A DNA stretch of 64,000 bases from a virus, in IMG/VR virus record IMGVR_UViG_3300047562_003246, positions 96,001 through 160,000 of that record, one strand, 5' to 3'. Below are positions 40,047 through 49,827 of the stretch, piece after piece (the stretch's first letter is position 1; every line of letters starts with the position of its first letter). Made by a program: the position numbers and the translations under genes. The notes under the pieces are model-generated. The model was not told the origin of the DNA. It searched no databases and was given only the letters and a program-made list of their open reading frames with translations.

Positions 40047-41613
40047 TCTCAAACTAATCGAAGTTAGATCTTTATTTGCGTCATTGATTAGGGATCAAAA
40101 ATTATTTTTGGTAGCTAAGTCTCGACTAGATTCGAACTCATTTGCAGAGAACCAAGAAGGCATCAAGATCATCTGGGAGCAGCTGATTAGTTTGTATTCC
40201 AAGTACAAAAAAATGCCAAAGGTCTCTCAACTGAGGGCAGCTATTATTGCCTTTGTAGACGAAACAGACAATGACGACGAAGACATGCAGGATGAAGTCG
40301 GTGAGATTCTAGATCTAGCTGAGTCCTTCGATCGTGTTGACTTAGCTTCGCAGCGAAATGAAAACCGTAGGATCCTGCGCATCTTTTTGGATATTGCGGT
40401 AGCCCGAGAACTCAGGGAAAACCTTGAGCTGCAGGTCAAGCCGACAAGTTTGATGCGAGACGCGATGAATCGTATCGCGGTTAATAAAAGCGTTGAAACT
40501 GGTGCGTTCAAAAACTGGTTTGGTTCTTTGGAAAGTGCGGTCTCGGAAGCCAAGGTTCGTATCTTTGTGACAGGGCAGGCTCTTGTCGATGAGCTGACCA
40601 ACGGCGGTCCACGAGGCGGCGAGTGTCTGCTACATATGGGAGCGATCAACAGCGGTAAAACAACGCTGGCGGTTGACGTGGCTGTGTCTCGGGCTTTCTA
40701 TGAATACTTCGCAGCGCAGAAAGAAAATCGTAAACCAGGAGTTGTTTCGTTTTATTCTTACGAAGAGTCAAGACAGGTCTTTGCTCAGGTATTAACCCGA
40801 GCATCGAACGTGAGTTTTAACTCCATCGATAAGTACATGGAGACCCAAGATATCTCTGTGCTTAGCTCTTCGAAGAGAAAAGATTACAAGGGTTACGAAA
40901 GAGCTTGGAGGAAGATAGGAGGTAAATCGTTTGATGGAGAAGAAGAACGACTCAAGAAAGCTTTTGAAATCCTAAAGGTCTGTTTCAACTTTGTGGCAAT
41001 GTCATCAGAGGATCCAAGTAACGGTGAATTGTCTGGTGAATACGTCGATGGTTTGGTACAACATTATGAGTCTTATCTAGCTGCGACAAAAGCAAAGCCT
41101 GACTTGATCGTTATAGATCACGCTTCAGCAATGGTCGAGCGGTATATGTTTGAGAACGGTAAAGGTAAAGATGAGCGACGGCACTTATTAAAAACACTGT
41201 CGATGCTGCTTAAAGATAAACTTGCCGCTCCGTATCAGGTTCCTATTTGGTGCTTGCATCAGCTTGGTTCCGAAGAAAATAGACGACCACCTGGAACTGT
41301 ACCAGAACCAGCCAGCGGATCTGAATGCCGCATGATGCACGAATTTTTTAGTTTCGCGCTACAAAGCAGTCGAGTTACTGAGCCAGATAAGATTGGCGTA
41401 GTGGCTCTTGGTAAAAAGCGACGTATGAAAGGTGCTGATCATATTGCTTTTCAAATCGACGGTGAGTTTAGTCGCTGGAAAGATGCAAGATCTACCCACG
41501 CAATCCAAGGCGGTAAAGTAAGAAGCATCGAAGACGCCAAGAGAATTGTTGACTCAGAGAGCGTTAACAGTGGTACAGCCGCGTTTACACCAAGGAGAAG
41601 GATGGTTAAATGA
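40018..41613 (+). CDS. dnaB: DnaB-like replicative helicase
   Basis: GAINSGKTT, FYSYEE, LIVIDH, LHQL, VALGKKR; followed by the primase gene. Confidence 0.8.
   Translation: MAKQLAKSNSLKLIEVRSLFASLIRDQKLFLVAKSRLDSNSFAENQEGIKIIWEQLISLYSKYKKMPKVSQLRAAIIAFVDETDNDDEDMQDEVGEILDLAESFDRVDLASQRNENRRILRIFLDIAVARELRENLELQVKPTSLMRDAMNRIAVNKSVETGAFKNWFGSLESAVSEAKVRIFVTGQALVDELTNGGPRGGECLLHMGAINSGKTTLAVDVAVSRAFYEYFAAQKENRKPGVVSFYSYEESRQVFAQVLTRASNVSFNSIDKYMETQDISVLSSSKRKDYKGYERAWRKIGGKSFDGEEERLKKAFEILKVCFNFVAMSSEDPSNGELSGEYVDGLVQHYESYLAATKAKPDLIVIDHASAMVERYMFENGKGKDERRHLLKTLSMLLKDKLAAPYQVPIWCLHQLGSEENRRPPGTVPEPASGSECRMMHEFFSFALQSSRVTEPDKIGVVALGKKRRMKGADHIAFQIDGEFSRWKDARSTHAIQGGKVRSIEDAKRIVDSESVNSGTAAFTPRRRMVK
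40367..40380 (-). repeat. dispersed motif, exact copy
   Basis: In dnaB, read as R-R-I-L-R. Confidence 0.9.
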
Positions 41614-42707
41614 TTAATCCAGGCTTGTACTTAGCGCTATGTGCTACGTTTGGAATCAAAAACGTCAAGCCAGTTAAGCAGGGAATGCGAGGTAAGTTTA
41701 AATTCGGCACGAAGCAAAGAGTGATCAAAGGAAAGCTCGAAGACTACAGAACCATTTGTAAGATCGGTGGCAAGAATAAATCTTTAGTGGGCGAGGAATT
41801 TAGAATCCCTTGCCCTTTTTGTCATGATCATTTGCCGCGACTTTACATTAATCACTTGTGGGGTACTAAAGACGTTGTCACAGGACACAGATATTTATGG
41901 ATGGCTAACTGTTACAACGAAAATTGCATGTCTGTATTTGAAAACAGAAAACGATTGTACGAAATGGTTTCGGATCGTATGGTCGGCGAGCAAAAATTAA
42001 ACAAAGGTTTCGACGTAGAAGTGCCAGACGTAGCGACTTGGCCCGGTGACGTGTGGAGTCTTTACGATGTGGCGAAAAGAGAACCAAGTCATCCGGCCAT
42101 AAAATTTTGCTTCGCGCGATTCTGGGACGCGGAGGTTCTTTCAAAGCAGTACGGTGTACGTGTGCTAATGTCTACGGACTATTGGCACAATGCTTTAAGA
42201 GATCGAATTGTTGTGCCTGTTTATGGTGCTGATAAGCAACTTAAGACATGGTCGGCTAGAAGAGTTCATGAGGAAGAGGGCGGAGCAAAATGGTTGCACT
42301 GCCCTTATATCGGAACTGGCAATGCTATTTACGGACTTAAAGTCGCAAAGACAGCTAAGGTAGGAATCATCGTCGAAGGTCCTGCAGACGTTTGGGCGTG
42401 GCAAGGAGCAGGTGCCGGTATTTTCGGTAAGCATTTGCAAGAGATCAAAGCCAAACGTATAGCTAAGTCTTTCAGCGAATGTACAGCTATCGGTATTTGT
42501 CTTGACCCTGAGCAAGACCTTGGTGAAAAGATTAATGGCAAAGAGCATCACATTGTGTCAGCCAGAAAAACTCTAGAAAAATATACCGACATACCGATAG
42601 TTGAAATATGGCTACCGCTTACAAAAGATCCAGATAAACTGGATCACGACATATTGCAATATCATCTAGAACGTAGTGCTGACGAACAAGAAATAAAACT
42701 ATGTTAG
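41610..42707 (+). CDS. dnaG: DNA primase (DnaG-like, Zn finger + TOPRIM)
   Basis: CPFCHDH..NCYNENC, RIVVPV, IIVEGPADV, CLDPEQD. Confidence 0.85.
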   Translation: MINPGLYLALCATFGIKNVKPVKQGMRGKFKFGTKQRVIKGKLEDYRTICKIGGKNKSLVGEEFRIPCPFCHDHLPRLYINHLWGTKDVVTGHRYLWMANCYNENCMSVFENRKRLYEMVSDRMVGEQKLNKGFDVEVPDVATWPGDVWSLYDVAKREPSHPAIKFCFARFWDAEVLSKQYGVRVLMSTDYWHNALRDRIVVPVYGADKQLKTWSARRVHEEEGGAKWLHCPYIGTGNAIYGLKVAKTAKVGIIVEGPADVWAWQGAGAGIFGKHLQEIKAKRIAKSFSECTAIGICLDPEQDLGEKINGKEHHIVSARKTLEKYTDIPIVEIWLPLTKDPDKLDHDILQYHLERSADEQEIKLC

Positions 42708-45700
42708 CGACAGAACAAAAAGTTTTCCCTTGCGACAAGCTTATCTTTCCACTACCACCGGCACTGTTACAAACTGCTAAGAAACTAAAAATAACACCGG
42801 AGGAACTTGTTCAAAAAGTTCTTTACGGTCGAGGAAAGTATTCTTTGCTAGTTGAAGTTGTTGACGGGATTTTTGAATCTAGGCAGTTTGTCCCAGGTCA
42901 TGTTTGGTCAGCTGAGCCTAAGAACCCTACACCGGGTCCAAGATATCGCAGCGATGTAATGATTATCGACAAGATGCTCGATAAGGAAGCGCTTGAAAAT
43001 AGGCGAATATTCAGCGGCGAGTCTGGAATGTTCTTGCATAAGCTTTTGAAGCGATCAGGGCATAAAGATCCAGCGAGTTACTACGTAACGACGATGCTGA
43101 AAACAACGCAGCCTGATCCGATTGCTACTTACAAAGCGTATTGGACGCAGTATCAACTGCATTTTGTGTTGCAAGAAATATTACTTGTTCGTCCTAAGTA
43201 CATGCTGCTAATGGGGGCCGATGTTGTAAAAGGCTTCTTCAAAAAGAACACCAAGATAGCTGACTTAGAAGGGCGAGTACATAAGTTAAAGTTCAAGCCT
43301 CCAGGCGAGAAATCTTTTACGGTTAAAGCAATCGTAACGATGCGACCAGAGGCTATGTTGTATTCTCGCAGTGGTTATCAGGAAAAGAAGTTCATCAAGC
43401 AGTTGTCGTTGTTCCAGGCACTTGTTGCAGGCAATAAGCTTGCTAATACAGATAAGCTTCCAGAAATGCCTGGACACAGGATTATCGACAACGAGTACGA
43501 TTTGCTGCAAGCGATTAAGCAGACCAAAAGAGACTCCAAGAAGTTCTCGAAAAAATTGATATGTATCGACTGTGAATGGCAAGGTGATCATCCACAGTCA
43601 CACGGAGCCTATCTGCGTTGTGCTCAGTTTTCAGGTAAAGCAGGTACAGCTTATTGTGCTGCGTTGACGTTTCCAGGTGGTGCGCCCAGATTTAAAGTTA
43701 GACGCGATCCTAAAAAACCTATTGAGCAGGCTCACGCAGAGAATGATTACACGACTGAAAACGCTTCGCAAGTCGTAGCAAGACATCTGGCGAAAATGCT
43801 CAACGGCTTTCGTATGTGTGGTCACCAGATAAAAGCTGACTTGGAGTGGCTGGAGGCTTATGGATTCGAACAACCTAATGTTTATGAATTTCCAGAAAAA
43901 CCAGAACAGTGCAAGGAATCAGGTCCGTTTGATACTTTGCTTGCAGCACATGCTTACGATGAGCAAGCGGATCTAGGTTTACGTGATCAGTTAGCCGTAC
44001 ATTTACCTCAGATACCAAATTACGACGCACACTTGGACGCGGGTATCAAGGAGTTCATAGCCAATAGCAGCAAGTATTCAAAGAAAGGAGATTTAAACGG
44101 TTACGGAGAGCTACCTGACGAAGTACTTTATCCGTACGCATTGTTCGACGCTGACGCTGGTTTACAACTAGCGTTGTTTTATTTAGACAGACTTGACAGA
44201 GACCAGAACGGATTATCTTGCTGGCCTGGATATTTCAGTAGCATCAGAGCGTTTCCTATAGCGCACGAAATTACCAAAGTCGGCATGCTGTTCGATAAAG
44301 ATCAGGCGGATAAGCTGACCTTCGCTTTTATGCGTAAACGTCAGGAGCTGCTATATCAACTGTACCAGCGAACTAACTGGTTCACGCTTAACATGGATTC
44401 GCCTTTTCATGTTCGCGAATTACTCTTTGGAGCGAAGTACAACGGCAGTAAAGACAAGAAAAGGATTAGACCACCTAAAGCACTGTCTTTGCTAGCTGAA
44501 CCTGTATTAAGTGCAGGCAAGTATCAAAAAGATTGGGAAGAGATTCGGGCAAAAGGACTCGAATACAAAACGAACGTATCTGCAGGCGCAAAGGTTATCG
44601 GACTGATGACGCTTAATGCAGAGCATACCGAAGTAAGAAGGAGGGATATCGACGGAACTTTTGTATCAGCTACGGTTGATGCATCAGCGATACTTAAGAA
44701 CATTAGAGAATTCAGGGCAGTTCACCAGCAGTTAAAGGGTCCATTACGACCACCGGTAGAGCCGCCAATGGATAGAGAAGACTGGCCAGAGGACGAAGCT
44801 TTTTATGAGAAAGGTATCCCAGGGTCAGTCTGTCTAGATAACAGAGTACGTACGAGTATTCTGCAGATTAAGGAAACTGGTAGATGGGCATCTATAAATC
44901 CGCCGCTGCAGAATCTAAGCAGTCAGGTTGAGAAGTTGCTGCAAAAGATATTTGGTAGTGACTATCCTGGTTCAGTTAAGAATGTGTTTGTCGCCGACAA
45001 AGATTATTTTTTCATACCTGTCGACTTAAAAGGTGCTGAACTTCGGATGTGTGCCGTGCAGAGTTTAGACCCTGCATTTATTACTGCTACCGAAAGAATT
45101 TCGTTACCTGAAGACCATCCAGACTTTTTGGATATACACGGGGAGATCGCAGTCGAAGCGTTTAATCTGCCGTGTGCACCAACGAAGCATGCTATCGAAG
45201 AGTACGGCAGAGATGATCTGAGAACAGGAGCGAAGACAGTTATTTTCGGTAAGTTCTATGGTCAGTCGATCGCAGCAGCAGTTATCGCTGTGCGTATGCG
45301 TGGAACCAATGCGACCATGGAGCAGCTGCAAAGGATCTCAGATACGATCGACGAAAAGTATCCAGGACTGGACTCTTTGTTCGATAAGTGTAGGAAGCGA
45401 GTCGAAAAGGGCTATCTGGTTACATGGAACGGTAGAATCAGACACTTCCCTAAAACGAATGACGAGCAGAAGTTTCGAGCGATGCAGCGAGAAGCTTTAA
45501 ACGCTCCGATTCAGGGCGGTGTTGCTGACTTTGTCGGCCTATTGTGCCATGAAGCGTTTCAGTATAGAAAAGAGACCGGCGCGGATTTCAAAGTCGTACT
45601 GCAAAAGCACGACGAGTTGATTTTCATGGTCCATAAAAGCTGGCTGAAACGGATTTGGCACGAAGCCATTCCTCACTGGTTTAACAAGCTTTTCTTCTGG

Positions 45701-45841
45701 CCTGCAGATCTAGAGGGTAGAAGAATTAAGGGACAACCAGATTTCAAGTTTTACTATGATCGCGAATTGATGAAAGTGTGGGGCAAACATTTACCAAAAG
45801 CAGAACAGGAGGAACTACTAGGTAAAGGCTTCAACCAATAA
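42701..45841 (+). CDS. polA: family A DNA polymerase with N-terminal uracil-DNA-glycosylase-like domain and 3'-5' exonuclease
   Basis: UDG-like FSGESG..LL, YVTTMLK and EILLVRPK..LLMG; exonuclease IDCE, HQIKADL, FDTLLA and YALFDAD; polymerase TGRWAS..PLQN, DLKGAELR, RTGAKTVIFGKFYG, NAPIQG and KHDELIF. Confidence 0.92.
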   Translation: MLATEQKVFPCDKLIFPLPPALLQTAKKLKITPEELVQKVLYGRGKYSLLVEVVDGIFESRQFVPGHVWSAEPKNPTPGPRYRSDVMIIDKMLDKEALENRRIFSGESGMFLHKLLKRSGHKDPASYYVTTMLKTTQPDPIATYKAYWTQYQLHFVLQEILLVRPKYMLLMGADVVKGFFKKNTKIADLEGRVHKLKFKPPGEKSFTVKAIVTMRPEAMLYSRSGYQEKKFIKQLSLFQALVAGNKLANTDKLPEMPGHRIIDNEYDLLQAIKQTKRDSKKFSKKLICIDCEWQGDHPQSHGAYLRCAQFSGKAGTAYCAALTFPGGAPRFKVRRDPKKPIEQAHAENDYTTENASQVVARHLAKMLNGFRMCGHQIKADLEWLEAYGFEQPNVYEFPEKPEQCKESGPFDTLLAAHAYDEQADLGLRDQLAVHLPQIPNYDAHLDAGIKEFIANSSKYSKKGDLNGYGELPDEVLYPYALFDADAGLQLALFYLDRLDRDQNGLSCWPGYFSSIRAFPIAHEITKVGMLFDKDQADKLTFAFMRKRQELLYQLYQRTNWFTLNMDSPFHVRELLFGAKYNGSKDKKRIRPPKALSLLAEPVLSAGKYQKDWEEIRAKGLEYKTNVSAGAKVIGLMTLNAEHTEVRRRDIDGTFVSATVDASAILKNIREFRAVHQQLKGPLRPPVEPPMDREDWPEDEAFYEKGIPGSVCLDNRVRTSILQIKETGRWASINPPLQNLSSQVEKLLQKIFGSDYPGSVKNVFVADKDYFFIPVDLKGAELRMCAVQSLDPAFITATERISLPEDHPDFLDIHGEIAVEAFNLPCAPTKHAIEEYGRDDLRTGAKTVIFGKFYGQSIAAAVIAVRMRGTNATMEQLQRISDTIDEKYPGLDSLFDKCRKRVEKGYLVTWNGRIRHFPKTNDEQKFRAMQREALNAPIQGGVADFVGLLCHEAFQYRKETGADFKVVLQKHDELIFMVHKSWLKRIWHEAIPHWFNKLFFWPADLEGRRIKGQPDFKFYYDRELMKVWGKHLPKAEQEELLGKGFNQ

Positions 45842-45883
45842 AGCGGTTTGATTTGTTAGTTAATTTCTTTTGGAGATAGTTTC

Positions 45884-47518
45884 ATGGGTTTGAGTAAACA
45901 GAAAGCCGCGTCGAACGCAGGCATGCGTGCGGGGCTTTCATCAGGCAGTAAGTACCTAGTGGAGTCGTCTAGATTCCGAGTTGTTGAAGCACAATGGGAC
46001 AAAGGTATACCGACTTGCGTACGAATTTTTCCAGAGTACGATCACGACAACAAACGGTTTCTACCTTATCGGTTCGGCTTCTCAAACGATAAGTCTACGC
46101 TGGGTAACTGGCGTATGCCGTTGCCGATCATCAAGTACGTCGGAACCGTAGGCAAGAAAGGAAAATTGAGCTGTATCCTGTACGATCCCGAAAGTGTTCG
46201 TAAAGGAAAGTACAACAAGGAGACGAATCCTTATATAGTTCTCAACGACGAATGCAAGGAAGCTGCAAACCTTGACGAAAACGTCATCAAAGTAGCTGGT
46301 AAGAAACTCGATACCGCAACTTGGCTGAAGTATTTCAAAGGTAAGCTTAGTCAGAAAGCATTTGCTGAGCCTCAGACAGCTTCGTTTATGCAGGTCGCCT
46401 TGTTTACCAGTCGCGGTAAGGTTGTGCTAAACGAAGATAACGTTCCTCGCGGTTTGGCAAAGGACGACAGCCCTCAGCTGTTATTGATGACAGAAAAAGC
46501 CGCTGATGGTCTGGAGGATTTGTTGAACGAAACGACCGATAGTTTTGATCCAACAAAGACTATTAACCAGAAGACTGAAAGGTTGCTATCGAAGTACTAT
46601 CAGTACGGAGATATCACTTCGATGACTAATGGTAAATTCTTAATCCTCTGCAACACAGACGCTGAGCACACGGTGTCTGCTTTGACAGGTGACGAGGAAG
46701 ACGACAAGATTTGGCTCGAAGGTACTGGCGATAACATCGCTTACAGTTTGGCTTTGGTTGACAGTATTAAAGTTAAGCCAAAGAAGAAACGAAGTGTGGT
46801 GTTCGAACAAGATATAAGTCAGTTCGAAGATCAAATGAGAAAGACTGCGGTCGATTGGTTCTCTGATGATTTGTTCAGAATCATGAGTGACGAAGAGTTA
46901 GCAGTTGAACTTGTTAAGTGCTATGCCAACAGAATTGAGTTGGTCGAGTACGGCTGGCGAGAAAAGTTGCCACACTTGCTTAAGCTTGATGAAGTTAAGA
47001 GCATCATGGCGAATCGCACTCAGGGATTTGTTCCAGGCGGTTCGGACGAAGATGACGACGATGAAGATATGGATGACGAAGACACCGACACCATCGGCGG
47101 CGACGATGATGACGATGATGATGACGGTGGTTCATCTAGAAAGAAGCGAAGCAATAAACTGAAGGGTAAAGGATCTTCAGTTTACGGTAAGGTTAAGGCT
47201 GAATATGGTAGCGGTAAGAAGCGTCGAAGAGGCGTCGAAGTCGATGATGACGATGACGATGACGACGATGATGATGCCGATACTAGTGATGAGGATGATG
47301 ATGACGTTGTCGACTTGTCAGGCTCAGACGTAGAGGATGACGATGATGACGACGATGATGACGACGATGCGGATGTTGATGCGGATGATGAGGAGGAAGA
47401 AGAACCTACTCCGCCTAAGCGTCGACCGAAGTCAAGTAAGAAACAGGTTAATCCTAAAACTAAAATTGCAAAGACTTCGTCGACAAAGAAATCTTCTAAG
47501 AAGAAGAAAAGAACGTAA
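45884..47518 (+). CDS. putative single-stranded DNA-binding protein with acidic tail
   Basis: Lies between polA and recA; aromatic/basic N-terminal domain, long acidic C-terminal region and basic tip; inferred from context and architecture. Confidence 0.45.
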   Translation: MGLSKQKAASNAGMRAGLSSGSKYLVESSRFRVVEAQWDKGIPTCVRIFPEYDHDNKRFLPYRFGFSNDKSTLGNWRMPLPIIKYVGTVGKKGKLSCILYDPESVRKGKYNKETNPYIVLNDECKEAANLDENVIKVAGKKLDTATWLKYFKGKLSQKAFAEPQTASFMQVALFTSRGKVVLNEDNVPRGLAKDDSPQLLLMTEKAADGLEDLLNETTDSFDPTKTINQKTERLLSKYYQYGDITSMTNGKFLILCNTDAEHTVSALTGDEEDDKIWLEGTGDNIAYSLALVDSIKVKPKKKRSVVFEQDISQFEDQMRKTAVDWFSDDLFRIMSDEELAVELVKCYANRIELVEYGWREKLPHLLKLDEVKSIMANRTQGFVPGGSDEDDDDEDMDDEDTDTIGGDDDDDDDDGGSSRKKRSNKLKGKGSSVYGKVKAEYGSGKKRRRGVEVDDDDDDDDDDDADTSDEDDDDVVDLSGSDVEDDDDDDDDDDDADVDADDEEEEEPTPPKRRPKSSKKQVNPKTKIAKTSSTKKSSKKKKRT

Positions 47519-47551
47519 GGTTACTTAGTAATTTTTAGTTGCGACACTTAT

Positions 47552-47585
47552 AAGACAGCCTCTAACTAAGGGGCTGTCTTTTTTT
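47552..47585 (+). terminator. rho-independent terminator
   Basis: AAGACAGCCTCT-aacta-AGGGGCTGTCTT followed by a T run. Confidence 0.85.
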
Positions 47586-47618
47586 ATTCTCGCGCGGTAA
47601 AACTATGAGGATTGAGTT

Positions 47619-49247
47619 GTGCCTAAGAAAATACTAAGGACCAGACTAATGCAGAAGAAGAAAAAAACCTTGGGTAGTTTGATTGCAGAAAATAATGCAG
47701 AGAAGCCGAAGGTGAAGCGTAAAAGAGGCTTGACAAGACCCGATAGAACTGTTGCAGAAGAGCCGAGAGAAGACTTCGTAGAGCAAGAAGAAGAAACTGA
47801 AGAGGTACCAGCGAGAAAGAAGAAGCGCGCAGGATCCTACGCAAAACCGATCGTAATGGATTTGGATGATATTAATAAAGCCAGCCTGTTGCCCGGCAAG
47901 TCGGATAAAAAACAGCCAGCTGCCTTGAAAAAGATTAAAGACAAGAACACCTATTTCTTGTACTTACAATCAAGCATGACATCTGCGTCTGAAAATTCGA
48001 TTGTGTCTGTTCGAGGTACAGCTTCGCGTGCGCACCTTGTGATGCCACTGCCGCTGCCGCTACAAATAACGATGCAGGTCAACGGTATACCGTATGGAAC
48101 TTTTATTGAAGTTGCCGGTGACAAGGGTTCGCTTAAATCATCGTTTGTGCTCGGGATGGCGAGAATATTCAACGGGTTTGATTACTCGTTACCTGACCAT
48201 ATAGGTTTTGCTGACTATGTTTCCAACGAGTCAAAATATCCCGATGGCCTAGTTAGTGCAATCTGTGGCTACGAGGATGAGCATTTGGCTTTGCGTCCAG
48301 ATAGCCTGTACGCCGTCAAGGCTCATCGCAGCGGATCGATGAACGAATGGCAAAAGATCATTCTTTCTCGACTTAAAGAGTACGAGAAGTTGGCTGACCC
48401 AAAACGCGGCTTGCCCTACTTGATCATTCTTGACAGTATTACTGCAAAATTGTTGGATTCGACAGCAAAAAAGATTGTCAAAGAAGGTATGGCGGATCGA
48501 GCGTTTTCGATTGAAGCAGATTCTATACGCCGGTTCATGGCAACTGTCATGAATAAGATCGAAGATTATCCGATCGTGTTTATGGGAGTTAATCACGTCA
48601 GGCGTGACAAAGAAATTGGTAAGTTTGCGGAAGTCAGGTCAAAACCAGGAGGACGCTACCTGAGTTATCAGGAGATTTTTGACCTAGACATGAAGCAGTT
48701 CAAGAAGCCCTGGAAGATTAACTCGCCAGATAACATTGATTATGCGTTTATTCATATGAACGCAACAAAGCTAACTGTGGAGAAAAGTTCTATCGGGCAG
48801 ACTTTTAATTCCTGCGTACTGTATTACTCGTATACGTACTCAAACTACTGTGAAATGCCAGATGGCTCTATTATCGCATTTAAGAGTAAAGATCCGCACG
48901 TCAAGCTCAGACAGCGAAGTAAATGGGAATGGGGCAGGTCGCTTTGTAATAAGATTGCTACGGCATCAAAAGATATTGTTGGAAAACAAAGAGCGAAACT
49001 CAACGATGTCTGTCGTGTAGACGCGGCTAATGAGCTTGTAGCTACGTGCAAGCAAATATCGAAAGTCGCGATGGATTCAGAGAAGCTAGGACGATTGATT
49101 ATGCAGGATGAGCGAATGTGTGAGAAGATCGCAGATATCTTTGCTGTGCAGCAATATCCGGTTTACGAACCAGGCACAGACTACTGCGGAATAAGAGGTA
49201 TCGAACGGAAAAAGAAAAGTGCTAAGGAGCTAAGCGATAGTGAGTAA
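47619..49247 (+). CDS. recA: RecA/UvsX-like recombinase
   Basis: NGIPYGTFIEVAGDKGSLKSS, LIILDSI, FMGVNH, KPGG; basic N-terminal extension. Confidence 0.85.
   Translation: MPKKILRTRLMQKKKKTLGSLIAENNAEKPKVKRKRGLTRPDRTVAEEPREDFVEQEEETEEVPARKKKRAGSYAKPIVMDLDDINKASLLPGKSDKKQPAALKKIKDKNTYFLYLQSSMTSASENSIVSVRGTASRAHLVMPLPLPLQITMQVNGIPYGTFIEVAGDKGSLKSSFVLGMARIFNGFDYSLPDHIGFADYVSNESKYPDGLVSAICGYEDEHLALRPDSLYAVKAHRSGSMNEWQKIILSRLKEYEKLADPKRGLPYLIILDSITAKLLDSTAKKIVKEGMADRAFSIEADSIRRFMATVMNKIEDYPIVFMGVNHVRRDKEIGKFAEVRSKPGGRYLSYQEIFDLDMKQFKKPWKINSPDNIDYAFIHMNATKLTVEKSSIGQTFNSCVLYYSYTYSNYCEMPDGSIIAFKSKDPHVKLRQRSKWEWGRSLCNKIATASKDIVGKQRAKLNDVCRVDAANELVATCKQISKVAMDSEKLGRLIMQDERMCEKIADIFAVQQYPVYEPGTDYCGIRGIERKKKSAKELSDSE
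47827..47840 (+). repeat. dispersed motif, exact copy
   Basis: In recA, read as R-A-G-S-Y. Confidence 0.9.
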
Positions 49248-49803
49248 CATGGACCCCATGCGATTTCTTGCGAAGAAAAAAGATCTCCGCAGGAAAAACT
49301 CAGCTGGTCTCGACGGCAAGGGTATCGCCGCCAGGATGAACGTCAACTTGGCAATCAAGCACATATTCCAAGGCGCTGAAAGGCCGGAGTTATTGAGAGC
49401 TTGTTGGCGTTATGCAGAGGACGCAGGAAGAGACTATTTGAAGTTTGAGGATATGGACCAGTTCTTAGGCACGTTTATGCGGTTCAAGCTTCTGACAGAG
49501 AATAAAGCCAGCACAGGTATCCTCAACGCAGTCGGACACTATCTGGACGGGTTCCCTAAGAAACTCATTAAGAATTACGAAGACTGGTACAAGGAATGTG
49601 AGGATACGACGCCAGAGGCGATACCCATTATTGTGCTCAAGCTACCTAACCTAAAGTGCCAAATGGGCGTTTTGAGGGAAGGTGCTTTGGGTACTGATAC
49701 TGCGGGTAGCAGTGGTATCGTGTACGTTAGCGAAGAAGCTAGCTATGTGCTGCAGTCGTGCAGGGCGTTTGGAGCAGAGATAGCGGGCTACTTGAATCAG
49801 TAG
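49240..49803 (+). CDS. hypothetical protein
   Basis: 187 aa ORF; its TAG stop is part of a motif copy. Confidence 0.6.
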   Translation: MSNMDPMRFLAKKKDLRRKNSAGLDGKGIAARMNVNLAIKHIFQGAERPELLRACWRYAEDAGRDYLKFEDMDQFLGTFMRFKLLTENKASTGILNAVGHYLDGFPKKLIKNYEDWYKECEDTTPEAIPIIVLKLPNLKCQMGVLREGALGTDTAGSSGIVYVSEEASYVLQSCRAFGAEIAGYLNQ

Positions 49804-49813
49804 GATCCTGCGC
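49800..49813 (-). repeat. dispersed motif, exact copy
   Basis: Supplies the TAG stop of CDS 49240..49803. Confidence 0.9.
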
Positions 49814-49827
49814 AGCGAAGATGGCAA

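Noticed and set aside
25255-45841. Inteins, introns or homing endonucleases in terminase, helicases or polymerase
   Set aside because: Catalytic motifs are normally spaced; no intein C-terminal HN-C/S/T signature, LAGLIDADG, GIY-YIG or HNH motif was recognised.
49240-49803. Hjc/RecU-type resolvase next to recA
   Set aside because: No convincing PD-(D/E)xK motif, and a RuvC-like resolvase is already present at 54845.
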